Shown piece by piece: positions 51,885-64,000 of a stretch of DNA of 64,000 nt. The notes under the pieces are model-generated. The model did not search any database and was not told where the DNA came from. It worked only from the letters and a program-made list of their open reading frames with translations. Position 1 is the stretch's first letter; each line of letters begins with the position of its first letter. This DNA comes from Octopus bimaculoides (Eukaryota). Both the position numbers and the translations under genes were made by a program. The stretch is taken from assembly GCF_001194135.2 (NCBI RefSeq), contig NC_068982.1:41909398-41973397 (forward strand). The letters are read 5' to 3'.

Positions 51885-54800
51885 TACCCTATCCTATTCT
51901 CGGGACAGATTGCCTCCACCACTTCTCACTGTTGGTGGATGCTCGCCAACAGCGTTTGTTGTATAGCTCAACGCAGTTATCAGTTCCTGGTTCAGTGTCC
52001 GCTCCTGTTGTAAGTCCGGTATCTTTTAGTGTTGTATCCGGTGATACATACCATTCTCTTCTCAACTCTTTCCCGAAACTTATTTCAACGTCACTGATCC
52101 TATACATTCAGCGAGACATTACATTGACACCAATGGTCCACTAGTGTTTGCTCGTGCTCGCTGTCTTCCTCTTGATAAACTCAAGGCTGCAAAAGTGGAA
52201 TTCGGTCACATGCTCCAGCTGGGGCTTATTCGTCCTTCTACTAGCCTCTGGTCTTCCCCTCTCCATTTAGTCCCCAAAGGAAATACTGATTTCCGCCTAG
52301 TTGGGGATTATCGAAGATTAAATGCTATTACGACTCCGGACAGATACCCTATTCCACACCTTCCACTTTCTTCTACTTTGCACGGTAGTACTGTTTTTTC
52401 TAAGGTCGATCTCGTCCGGGCGTATCGCCAGATTCCTTTAAATCCACACGATATACCAAAGACTGCCGTTACAACTCCTTTTGATTCATTTGAATTCCTT
52501 TCAATGCCTTTTGGGTTACGAAATGCAGCTAGCGCCTTTCAAAGGTTTATAGACGAGGTCATTCGTGGTCTCGACTTCGTCTGTCTCTACATTGACGACT
52601 TACTCATCACCAGTTCTACGAAGGAAGAGCATGTTCACCAACTAACGCTCCTTTTTCAACGTCTACGCGATTATCGAGTTAAAATCAACTCGGTGAAGTG
52701 TGTATTTGGTTCTGCATCGCTGGAATTTTTAGGCCACATTATCGATGGAATTCGTCTTCTCCCAGAGAAGGTACAGGCAATTCAGAAGCTTCTTCCTCCA
52801 TCTTCTCTTAAGCAGCTTCGTCATTTCCTCGGTTTGGTCTATTCTTATCGTTGATTCATCCTAAATTGTGCTGAATAATTGAATTAACTTACATCATTAC
52901 TGAATGATCGTAAGATGAAGAACGAAGTTATCTCCCTTTCACTGTCCCTTGTTGCTGATTTTCAGACTGTCAAACAGGCCCTGGCTAACGTTTCAATGTT
53001 AGTTTACCCCAAATCCGATGCAAAGCTCTCGCTTGTGGTAGATGCATCGAATGCATCTGTGGGCGCAGTATTATAGCAAACTGGCCAGGAAATTCTGCAA
53101 CCGCTGACATTTCCCGCCAGTTGAAGCCCACAGAGACGCGCTATAGCACGTTTGGAAGAGAATTTCTCGCTATTCATCTTGCAGTGAAGCACTTTTGTCA
53201 TTTCCTGGAAGGAAGGGAGTTTACAGTATTCACAGACCACAAACCCCCTATCTTTGCTCTTTTTGCCAAGCCGGACAAGTATTCGCCAAGAGAAATCTGA
53301 CATCTTGATTATGTATCGCAGTTTTCTAGTGATATTCGGCATATCTCCGGTTCTCGTAATCTTGTTGCTGATGCTTTATCCCGCTTACCTGTCTACTGTC
53401 GTCTGCTTCTATGATAGATTTGATTGCCTTGGCAGCTGACCAATCACTACTATCGTCTTTGGACGTTATATCTGAGGAATTCGCAACATGCCATTTCAAG
53501 TATTTGCCATTATCAGCTTCAGACTGAGAGATATTGTGTGATACATCTACTGGCTCATTCCGTCCGCTCGCACCAGTCTCATCGTCGCACCGTCTTCAAC
53601 GCTCTGCATATCTTATCACACCTTGGTATAACAGCTTCTGTGAAGCTTATTTCTGCTCGTTTTTTTCTTTTGGCCAGATATGAGACACTAAACCACCAAA
53701 TGGGCACGCACATGCCTTCAGTGTCAACGTTCTAAGGTTCATCGCCATGTTCGTGCACCTCTTGGTTTCGTTTCAGTATCCAGACGCCCGCTTCCAACGT
53801 ATACATAGCGATTTAGTTGGGCTTTGGCCACCTAGCCGCGGGTTCACATCCATCATTACCTGATCGGTTTTCGCGTTGGCCTGAAGCCATCCCACTTGTC
53901 AACATTAGTGCTGAATCCGTGGCACAAGCCCTCATCTCAGGTTGGATTTCCCGTTTTGGTGTTCCGTTACGCATTACGACAGATCGTGGAAATTAGTTTG
54001 AATCACGGCTGTTCAACCAATCTTCTGCTATCCTGGGAGTTTGCCATAGCTGTACGACTAGCTACCACCTAGCTTCGAACGATATAGTCGAACGCTTTCA
54101 CAGACAATAAAAAGCATCTTTCCGCGCATACCCTGATCCTCAAAGGTGGAGCGAGTACCTGTCTCTGGTTCTTTTAGGATTTGGGATTATCTTCTGCGGA
54201 ATTACTATACGGATCGCCACTGTCTTTACCCGGCCAAATTCTAGTCCCTGTGGATATTTCAGCACAAGATTCAGCTACCTACGTTCATCGTCTGCAAACC
54301 TATTTCTCTGACCTTCCACCGATGTCTTCTAGACATCAGACTGTGCCTGCTGCTCTTCCAGCGAACATTGATAAATGGACCCACGTTTTCTCAGGGACAT
54401 GTCACGATTACCAGGGCTGGGCGTCGGATACACTGGCCCCCAAAAATTGTGTAAGACTATATATACTGTACCCTGACTTTTACACATCTTGGCATTTTCC
54501 ACGCGTTTTATTTAAACATTTTAGTACGTTTTGACTTTTTCCACATTTTTGATATTTGTTTACGTGGCACATGCTGTGTTTTCAAACTTTTGGAACTACT
54601 GTGTTAATTTTTACATGCCTTTCCTGATATTTTCACTCCCTCTGTTTTGTTCCCTAGGTTGGCCTTTTGCGACGACATACCTCTTTTTCGACTTACAGTC
54701 GCGTGGGGAGTAGTGTAGCAAGGACTGTAAGCGCTAAAATGAACAGGGCGGAGTTATGCTCCCTCATTCTGTCGTCGTTAGGTGACGTCGCGATGGCACT

Positions 54801-55042
54801 TCCGCTAGGGAGGCATAAAAACCCGCCGCTCTCGCTCGTTTCGCCTTTGGCCATTACCGTTACCGCATTATGTAGCAGGAGCATTTCTTACTCTCTTCTG
54901 TTTCAGCGTCAATCATATAAGATGTAACCACGTTTGTACAACTTATTTATTGACATCCACTTTTGTATGAACACTGTTATAAAAACTTGTTGTTTATCTT
55001 TGACTCGATGTTGTTTGTCACACCAGTGCATACACTTTAACA
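51885..55042 (+). mobile_element. Degenerate, 5'-truncated Ty3/Gypsy LTR retrotransposon (RT, RNase H, integrase, PPT, 3' LTR)
   Basis: ORF 52144..52854 has RT motifs (RLVGDYRRLN, FGLRNAASAFQR, YIDD). The RNase H (VDASNASVGAVL) and integrase (ITTDRG, VERFH) regions are broken by stops and frameshifts. A purine tract precedes the LTR. Confidence 0.92.
54714..55042 (+). mobile_element. 3' LTR of the Gypsy element
   Basis: Begins TGTAGC directly after the polypurine tract GGGGAG(TAG) and ends TTTAACA. No matching 5' LTR in the window. Confidence 0.7.
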
Positions 55043-55989
55043 CAAACAAGAACACAGGGTTCATGTTTACTCTTCACTAAAAGGTCACAGGAATAATGTG
55101 ACGAATATTTCTAGGAAAAGAAAAAATATGACTGAAAACAGTTATATTCAGAAGCAGAGATTGGGAAAACACGCCTCCTTGTCCTGGTTCATCTCGTGAC
55201 TCTGAGATAAGGCAATGACATACCCATGACTACATGGAAAATACTTAACATGGCTACCCCTTATTCACTTGGAACCCGTAATTGCCAATTCATGTTCTGT
55301 AAGAAGCTGATAGTAGCTTTGTTAATTAACTTCAAACTACTGGCTGCTAATACCATAGAAAGACCGATCATCTTAACCTTATTTTCCCCATATGCAAATT
55401 CAGAGTAGCAACTTTTGCTTACTCATAGTGAGATTAATCCTCTTGTACCAATCATCAATACTGAATACCATGTTTATACTCAGCAACGAAAACAACCACA
55501 CAGCACACAAACATTTAATGTCACCACGAGGAACAGAGGCAGTAGGCATATACCTCAATTTGTTGTTACTGATCTCTCAACTATTATATATATATAATGA
55601 TATGTAATTGTAAGATCCAAGGATCTAGGTGTAGGAAGTTAGTAAGCTTCGAGCAGTCCGTGGTAGGTATAAAGAACAACTTTCAGGAACAATAATAGTT
55701 TATTGGTGTAAAAAGTTTGTAGGCTTTTCTCAAACCGCATTTCGATAAACTGAAAAAAGTGTTTTTTTTTTATAGTTCACGGTTAGCATCTAGGGTTGCT
55801 ATGAATGCGAATAAAAATCCAAATTAAGGGAATGAAGCAGGTAAAATCCAGGCTACATATGTCTCCATGCTAGCAGATACTCGGAAATAACAATTACTCA
55901 ACGAGGGATACTCCACTAGCTACTCATCAGACCGAAGATTCCTTAGTTAAATGATGGTTACATTGTCGTTAAGGAATTCGAATTTGAAT

Positions 55990-58645
55990 ATGTGTACATA
56001 TGAAAAATAGAAGTTGAAAATGCACTGAGAATAGTTAAAATGTTCTTTATTGATATATTTGACAGTTTCACAGTTTACATTGATTTTCAAAAAGTTCGAA
56101 TAGAAAGACGTGGCTTATGTTGCAGCTGTCTTGCTTTTGACTAGTGTTTGAAGTTTGCCCTGTTTTTTTTTATAAGGCAAACACTACAAAGGAGATAAAC
56201 TACCTATGTTACAAGATATGACCCACTACGAACAGGTAAATAATTACCAAAAATCAAAGACAATGGCTAAACTGAACACACTCATTCACAGACATCAAAA
56301 AAGTTTAACAAACAAAGAATGTGACTACCTAACCCATTTTCCATTTTGATTGCAAGACTAGCTACTTTTACGGTCTCTCAAAAATCCATAAGAATCAAAC
56401 TATTAAGAATGCATGTAAAGAACCCACTTCAAGTTGCATAAACATACAATATCCCACCAACCTTAAATTTAGACCAATCGTAGCAGGCCCGAACTGTGAA
56501 ACACACAGACCGAGTAACTTTTTGGATATATTACTGAAACCTATTTTAAAATACATACCAAGTTTTGTGAGGGACGACCTGAACCCCCAAATTCCATAAA
56601 CAATGATACCACTATTGTATCTTTAGATGTGGTAAACCTATATACCACAATCCCACACTATTATGGACTAGAAGCAATACATTTCTGGCTTGAGAAATTC
56701 CGGACAGAATTCAAAGGAGTTCCATCACTGAAGGATTAAAGTTTATCCTCGAAAACAACTTTTTTGACTTCGATGGCAATATTTACAAACAAATATCTGG
56801 GACTGCAATGGGTACAAAAGTTGCTCCGACGTACGCCAATCTAGTCCTGGCATACATGGTGGTCCAAATATATGGAGAATCTAAATCAATGGCTTGAACT
56901 ACCACAAATATCTACTAGAAAACTGGAAACATTACTTAGATGACTGCCTAATCCTATAGACGTTTACATTTGAACAACTTATAGATTTCAAAAATCTAAT
57001 CAACAGCATAAACAATAATATCAACTTTTCCATAGAATTCAGTAAAACTCAACTACCATTCCTGGATATACTAATCCTCAAAAGAGATAAAATCATTGAA
57101 GCAGATATTCACTAGAAAGAAACATATTCTAAACGATACTTACTATTCTTCTCATGACATCCCTAACACACGAAAAATAATATCCTTTTTAATATAGCAA
57201 GAAGAATCTGCACAATTGTCTCAAACCCCGAAACTCGCAATAAAAAACTCCAGGAACTAAAACAAGTACTACTTAAAAGACATTATCCATTAATTCTAAT
57301 AGACAACGGAATAGAACGTGCCAAAGCAATAAATATCGAAGAATTTAGCTCCAGATACATCCAATAATCTACCTTTTATTACAACACACAACCCAAGAAA
57401 CACAGAGGTTTACGATATTATCCACCAGAACATCTCACTACTAAAACAAGACCCAAGAATGAAACAAGCATTCGAAATACACAAAATAATCAAAAGTAAA
57501 AGACAAAGTCCCTCAAAAAATTCCTCACAAGAGCTAAATTACCTTCCACAATTTCTATACCAAAAGTAAAAAAATGTTGCCGCCCCAATTGCGGGACCTG
57601 CATCAACTTTATTGAAGACAAACTAATTAACTTCAAATCAGGACAGACTTCTGCCATAAAAAATCACTTTACACGTCCTTCAAGGAATTTAATATACGCT
57701 ATCAAATGTCAAGGATGTAATGAAGATTACATAGATCAAACAAATCTTACCTTAAGAAATAGACTAACCATTCGCCGACAACAAATACGAGACCCCAGTA
57801 CTAGACAGATTCCACTGCGTGGTCACATAAACATATGTGCAAAAACTAAATCCCCCAAATTCCAGATCTTCCCACCCTACCTATGTTCAGCGAATATCAC
57901 AGATGAAACACAGATAAACAAAGAAAATACTTTCATACAAAAGTACAAACCAAGACTTAACAAACTTCAAGAGAGTACATACACAAATTCCCACGCAAAA
58001 TTGATTGTCACTTATCACGAGGAAGCTATACAGCTAACCTAAATCTTAACCATTGGAATACATACACGCAACTCCTGCCTACTCCCCCACTAGACAGATT
58101 AAATTTGGAGTGCCTTGATTATGACTAAACATGTTTACTCAACTGTGTCGGCCAGGCGCAAAATATACTGTCACGTGACACTAACGCATGGACGTAGTGG
58201 GAAACGTACAAAAGATTATAAACTTAATCATGTGTTCATTCTCTACAAACACTTGACAGAAAACATTCAGAGCATTTATTGTTTAGACTTGTTCAGTCAA
58301 CTCTGTCAGGCTTAACTTACGACGCCAAACTGTGTCGCTTGATACTGACACACGGACGTAGCAAAGAACCTAAAAAATTTCTAAGATCAGTCATTTGACT
58401 ATGCTTTACCAATCAAACCCTATTCAAAACATATACTAATTTGAGCCATGAACTCCCTATAAAAACAGGGTAAACTTCAAACACTAGTCAGAAGCAAGAC
58501 AGCTGCGACATAAGAAACGTCTTTCTTTTTGAACTTTTTGAAAATCAGTGTAAATTGTGAAACCGGTTAAAGGTACAAATATAATAAAAAATATTAAAAC
58601 TATTCTCTGTGTCTTTTCAGCTTCTATTTTTTCCTATATTTCTAC
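55990..58645 (+). mobile_element. Penelope-like element (RT + GIY-YIG endonuclease), degenerate, with ~185-bp inverted terminal segments
   Basis: Frameshifted translation gives FYGLSKIHK, LKFRPIVAGP, SLDVVNLYTTIP, GTAMGTKVAPTYANL, YLDD, and NLIYAIKCQGCNEDYI (GIY-YIG). Segment 55990-56175 is the reverse complement of 58458-58645. Confidence 0.9.
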
Positions 58646-58654
58646 CCGTGTGGA

Positions 58655-58706
<52 letters not shown>

Positions 58707-59931
58707 GTATGTATGTATATCGTCAGTGGATCATATATCCGAAAAACAAGCACACTCCAAAGTATAGAGCAGTAATATATTTACATGCAGTTAGATATAT
58801 GTCCGGTCGTAGAGTGACCAACAGTTTCGCATTCATAAAGCGCTTAGCATTGTGGACGACTAGTCAGATTCTAATGCCGTAGGGCATATAATCTCTCTTC
58901 AAACCGGAAGTAGAAAACCGTTACGGTAAGTTAGTTTGTAAACAAAGAATAAATTACCATTGGAGGTTTAACCAGGACGAGTTATCTCCCTTAGACCAGT
59001 TGAGCAGGTGACGCTAGACTCCGTTCTGCCACTTGGAGCAACAACCACAAAGATCTGTTACCGTTGACCTGCCAACTCCATGTGACCTGAATGGAGGAGT
59101 GAAGGCAGGCAAATATTCTTTCTCGGAAAGTAATTTCTTTCATCGTCTCTTTCTTGCGGCATCTGATAACTCAGATGTACATCCATGAAACTTTAAGTAA
59201 TGCTTGAGAAAGTCAGTCTGTTAATACATATATCTATCTTTCACAATGAGTGGTGAGCGCTTTTTTCGTTCATTTGTACACTTACCTGCTTGTGTGTATG
59301 TATGTATGTAAACACACACATATATATATATATATATATACATACATACNNNNNNNNNNNNNNNNNNNNNNNNNNNNNNNNNNNTTAGGTATATCTTTTT
59401 TTTTATTTAATCACTTGAAGAAATGTAGCAAATCCATTACATATAACTTGCTTTCTTTTTTATTGGTATCAACTATTGAGTAAAGGTCTATAATTCTAAC
59501 AGATATTTGTTCAAAATATCCGGTATAATTCTAAAAGACCACAATCAGTTGTGTAGCGTAAAATCTCCGCTGTCAACCGCATATCTAATCATGGTATTAG
59601 TTAAATTAAAAATAATGAAGCATTCCTACATATTCACAGTTTTTGGTTATGGAATGGTACATCGTCTAAAAACAAAAAGAAGCTATTTGTAGATGTGATG
59701 TCGAGTATTTTTTCCGTTCATTTCCTTTAGTTATCAGAAAGTGTAAAAAAAAAGAGGTACTCTTATGTAATTTTATGTCAAGGCTATCTTTAATTATATT
59801 CTTCCGAGGTCGATAAAATGGATCTTTGTGATTTGACGGGCAACACTTGTTTTCTTAACGAAACACTTTCAAACTTGGGACACTGGTAGAATGTGTCATA
59901 TAAAACAACTTCTTCTCTTAACATTCTTAAC

Positions 59932-60692
59932 AAAAAATTGTACATCGCAAGTTCTTTCATGTTAAAGTTGTCGTATTTCTGTAATTTCAACCAATCACTG
60001 ACGTCTATTCAGCTGAATACAGTTAGTGCTGTTCGGTGTCAAGTGTGTTATTCCCTGTTTAATTATATCATTATTCCCTAGTAAGGTTCTAGGGTTAGGG
60101 TTCGGGTTTNNNNNNNNNNNNNNNNNNNNNNNNNNNNNNNNNNNNNNNNNNNNNNNNNNNNNNNNNNNNNNNNNNNNNNNNNNNNNNNNNNNNNNNNNNN
60201 NNNNNNNNNNNNNNNNNNNNNNNNNNNNNNNNNNNNNNNNNNNNNNNNNNNNNNNNNNNNNNNNNNNNNNNNNNNNNNNNNNNNNNNNNNNNNNNNNNNN
60301 NNNNNNNNNNNNNNNNNNNNNNNNNNNNNNNNNNNNNNNNNNNNNNNNNNNNNNNNNNNNNNNNNNNNNNNNNNNNNNNNNNNNNNNNNNNNNNNNNNNN
60401 NNNNNNNNNNNNNNNNNNNNNNNNNNNNNNNNNNNNNNNNNNNNNNNNNNNNNNNNNNNNNNNNNNNNNACAGTAACAAACGAAATATATACCGCTGATA
60501 GTTGTTGTTAACAACGGATAGTTTTTGTTGACAAACAACGGCACTAATTTTATTCAAGGGAAAAAATCCCGTAACACCGTTGTTTACATTCCCCGGCGTA
60601 ATTGTTTTCACCTCAATAGACGTCAGTGATTGGTTGAAATTACCGAAATACGACAATTTTTTACATGAAATAACTTAGAATACAAAATTTTT
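59932..60692. mobile_element. Foldback/MITE-like element with ~90-bp inverted arms around an assembly gap
   Basis: 59932-60025 is the reverse complement of 60600-60692 (shared core TTGTCGTATTTC.GTAATTTCAACCAATCACTGACGTCTATT). A TTAGGG-like run lies next to the gap. Confidence 0.7.
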
Positions 60693-62653
60693 TATCTGTT
60701 GTATACCACAAAATATACAAGTATTCGAAGTTTGAAATTGTTTCGGTACCAAAAACACTACATAAAAAAATGTTGCCCGTCAAATTACAAAGATCCGATA
60801 AAATAAATTCAAGTGAAGTATTAATGTCGATATCATCGAATTTTTTTTCTTTCTTCAAATTGTGCTCATGGATGACATCAATTTATATTATCTCAAACTG
60901 ACAAACGCCAATGAACAATCGCTTCACGCTCAATATTGACGTAAATTGTCCTTAGGTTAATATATCAATATCCCTCTCCTTTTTACTTCACCCCTAAACT
61001 ATAAGTATTTTGTGCCTTATTAAAATGAAATCATTATTATTTATCTCTATAGGGCAGTGAGCTAACAGACTCGTCAGCACGCTGGACAATATACTCATCG
61101 GCATTTCCTTTGGCTTTACGTTCTGAGTCCAGTAACGGTCGAAGTCGACTTAATATTTTATTCTCTAGGGGTCAATAAAATAAGTATCAGTTGAACACTG
61201 ATGTCGATGTAACCGACTTACCTAACCCTTTCGTCAGAATTTGAAAGTATCATAATTTATGTCTGAAGGGCAACACGCTGGGTAAAATGCTCCATGACAT
61301 GTCTTCCAGTTTTACTTTCTGAGTTCAATTACCGTCAAGATCGGCTTTGCATTTTATCCTTTCGGGGTCGATAAAATGAGTACCAGTTGAACATTGAGGG
61401 GAGGGGGGTCGATGTAAATGTCTAACTCCTTTCCACTAAAATTCCTGGTCTATATTAGAAAAAAAAATATCAATTATCTCTGTTGCCCGGTTAATGCTTT
61501 AATAGAAATAAGAAAACCCTTGCGAGATGGTGGCTGAGCTTAGATTTTCAATCGTAGTCATTACACTTACTCCGAGGGTCTCTTAAAGAAAATGCTTTTA
61601 AAGCCTAACATTATATTTACTGTTTCTTGAAAAGAAATCCATATATAGTTAGTATCTGTTTAAGATTATCGAAGCATTCCCAAACCCTGTACTTTCACGT
61701 CTTTATTTGATTTATGATTCTTTTATTTGGGTTCAAATCACTAGTTTCTGATATCACCAAAGTGAGAGACAAATTAAACTGGTGATTCAACTTTCAGACG
61801 GTGATGGGATCAGTTAACTGTTTTAATCTTCCGGTTACTTGTCTGAAACTTAAGTCATGAGCATTAATCCTTTTACAATGGGAATCAAATATAGCCGCAC
61901 AAAATTTCATTATCCTTAACTGCAGAAAGCAGTTTTATATACCAATCTATCTTTTGCTGATTAATGTCATGTTTGAAACTATTTTTGTTTTGTCGAGATG
62001 TGTCAGATTTATTGAGACACCGTAACTTGCAGCAAATACCAATTCAATTTTTTAGTAGACATTACTGGAATAACCATGAAATTTAATTTCGTATTTAAAG
62101 GGTTAACAGCGTCTCAACCTAGTTATGCTTAGTAATCTTTCTCATGTAATTTAAGGCTCAACATAAATATACATCGAACAGTAATGTTTATTGAAAGAAA
62201 GGAGAATGGAAAACAAAAAAGGTAATGTAGAAAAGGCCGTTTTCAAATTAGGTCTAACATTTATTCAGAATTATTTCCTCTTTCAATTAATGTCAATTTA
62301 TTTGATCTTTCTTAAATGATTTTATTACAGTATATTCTTTAATAATTTTCATAAGTTAAATTATTTATAATCTGAAGTTATATTTGAAGATGTTTTGTAC
62401 ATTAAACAAAGAAATAAAAATATTTTTATTTGAAAAATTTTCAATTCCAAATAGTAAAACAGTTAAAAAATGTTTTATATTTTCTGTCTTTGAATTCAAA
62501 TTGTTTTTGTTCGACTGAAAATTCTGGTAGAGCAGAAAGAGTTTCAACTGTTATTTGAAAACGGCCCCATTCTGCAATGTAAAAAACAAAACAAAACAAA
62601 AATACTATAAACAACGACATTGTCAAGGATTCCTACGTATATCAACTGATTCC

Positions 62654-62895
62654 TTAACTCGACTTGAACATGTCACACAAGAGTCGCTCGATCGGTATGT
62701 TACCGATCATCCTACGAAAGAATAACTCTTCTAAGGAACGTGGGTTTATCATTCTTATACTGGGGAGCAGCAGTAATAATTTGCCAAAGCGAGGTTGCAT
62801 GGAAGAATGATGTCTTGAAGTGTAGTCACTTAACATTAACTGAGCTTGGTCTTGGAGACGGTCAACTTGTTTTGAATCTCGTAGTCCACGAACCT
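62654..62895 (-). CDS. NR2E-family nuclear receptor (tailless/PNR/dissatisfaction group), terminal exon encoding the end of the ligand-binding domain
   Basis: ORF 62654..62926 gives EVRGLRDSKQVDRLQDQAQLMLS...QPRFGKLLLLLPSIR...FFRRMIGNIPIERLLCDMFKSS*, which contains the NR2E helix 10-AF2 signature. Acceptor TATATCTTTCGCAG| at 62896-62898 is phase 1. Subgroup not resolved from this exon alone. Confidence 0.9.
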
Positions 62896-63000
62896 CTGCG
62901 AAAGATATAAAAAAAAATGTCAGCATTACATCGTTTGAAGATACCGATTTTCTTTTAGATTTGTCCGCCCATCCATTTACTCATCCATCAATCTATCCAT

Positions 63001-63012
63001 GACGCACGCACG

Positions 63013-63087
<75 letters not shown>
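63001..63087. repeat. (CA)n microsatellite in the last intron of the NR2E gene
   Basis: Seen directly. Confidence 0.95.
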
Positions 63088-63088
<1 letters not shown>

Positions 63089-63249
63089 AGTAGAGTAGTT
63101 GGGGTGGAAGAGGTTCGCCTCATGCGACGTTTTTATGGGGTCGGCCATTTGGGGTTTTCTATATAAGCCTGTATAAGCTTGAGGGCCTGAAGACAGGGCG
63201 GCAAATACAAGGAACGCCCCAGGCGGAGCACACTCTAGCTACTCTACTG
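63088..63249. mobile_element. hAT-type MITE (162 bp) inserted in a (CA)n microsatellite
   Basis: Perfect 11-bp TIRs CAGTAGAGTAG/CTACTCTACTG with the 8-bp flank ACACACAC on both sides. Confidence 0.8.
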
Positions 63250-63435
63250 ACACACACGCTTGGCTGCAACAGAATTTGAGAGTCTATTAACCAATTTGAG
63301 TTTGAGTGTTCTTGCGTTCTAACTACTCGTCTAACAACTGAGGGAAAAGTAATATATTTTCCGTCAGATATCTGACGGGAGGGATTTCTTTTACATTCAG
63401 CTCATTCAGTAACCACCGTCGGAATAAGGAAGAGG

Positions 63436-63486
<51 letters not shown>

Positions 63487-64000
63487 TATTATTATTATCA
63501 TTACTATTATTATTATTATCATTATTATTTTCAATTACCAATTTCGACGGAATGAGCATTATAGAAAATGCAATTCACTATTTATGTACTGTCAATTTTC
63601 GAATGTTAGTGTCGAAAAACCACTATATATGCTTGAGTGGAGCTTACTCGAGTAAAATCACACACTCGATGAAGTCATTTACTGGGTCACANNNNNNNNN
63701 NNNNNNNNNNNNNNNNNNNNNNNNNNNNNNNNNNNNNNNNNNNNNNNNNNNNNNNNNNNNNNNNNNNNNNNNNNNNNNNNNNNNNNNNNNNNNNNNNNNN
63801 NNNNNNNNNNNNNNNNNNNNNNNNNNNNNNNAAAATTTTTTTTTGTCTTTGGTTAGTAAGTGTTATTTGCTATTTGCTTCTATCTAGAAATAAAAGCTAA
63901 TGACTATTATTCTCTTCAAACTTTGCTTTTGTGACCTGGACCTCAATGTTTTGAAACTAACCTATTTTCCCATTATATTTCAGACTTATTCAGCGTTGAG

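Noticed and set aside
60085-60110. True chromosome end
   Set aside because: Only about three degenerate TTAGGG units are visible, and ordinary sequence continues on both sides.
63323-63559. 78-aa ORF as an upstream NR2E exon
   Set aside because: It is dominated by an (AAT)n poly-Asn run and has no nuclear-receptor similarity.
1-64000. CRISPR arrays, operons, rRNA or prokaryotic defence systems
   Set aside because: The DNA is eukaryotic with spliced genes, and no regularly spaced repeat-spacer array or rRNA-like sequence was seen.

Overview
AT-rich, repeat-dense eukaryotic DNA with several N gaps. The SINE, MITE and microsatellite content points to an octopus (coleoid cephalopod) genome, which is an inference. 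Three protein-coding genes can be supported. (1) The first coding exon of a jagunal homolog (JAGN1, minus strand, 21201-21289); its remaining exons were not found and probably lie off the left edge. (2) A complete 7-coding-exon biliverdin reductase A-like gene (BLVRA, plus strand, 28376-49266, 295 aa) that I spliced by hand. It keeps the Rossmann fold and the EYP motif but has Met at the position of the catalytic Arg172. (3) The last exon of an NR2E-family (tailless/PNR/dissatisfaction) nuclear receptor (minus strand, 62654-62895). The rest is mostly mobile DNA: a solo LTR with a TSD just upstream of BLVRA, a degenerate Ty3/Gypsy element, a Penelope-like element with inverted ends, RTE LINE fragments, Mariner and Merlin fragments, MITEs and many SINEs. 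The most unusual observations are the catalytic-site change in the BVR-A homolog, a palindromic tRNA-headed element carrying hammerhead-ribozyme motifs, an inverted repeat that contains the BLVRA stop codon, and sharply alternating CpG-rich and CpG-poor domains. No tools were run; alignments to human proteins are from recalled sequences and need checking.
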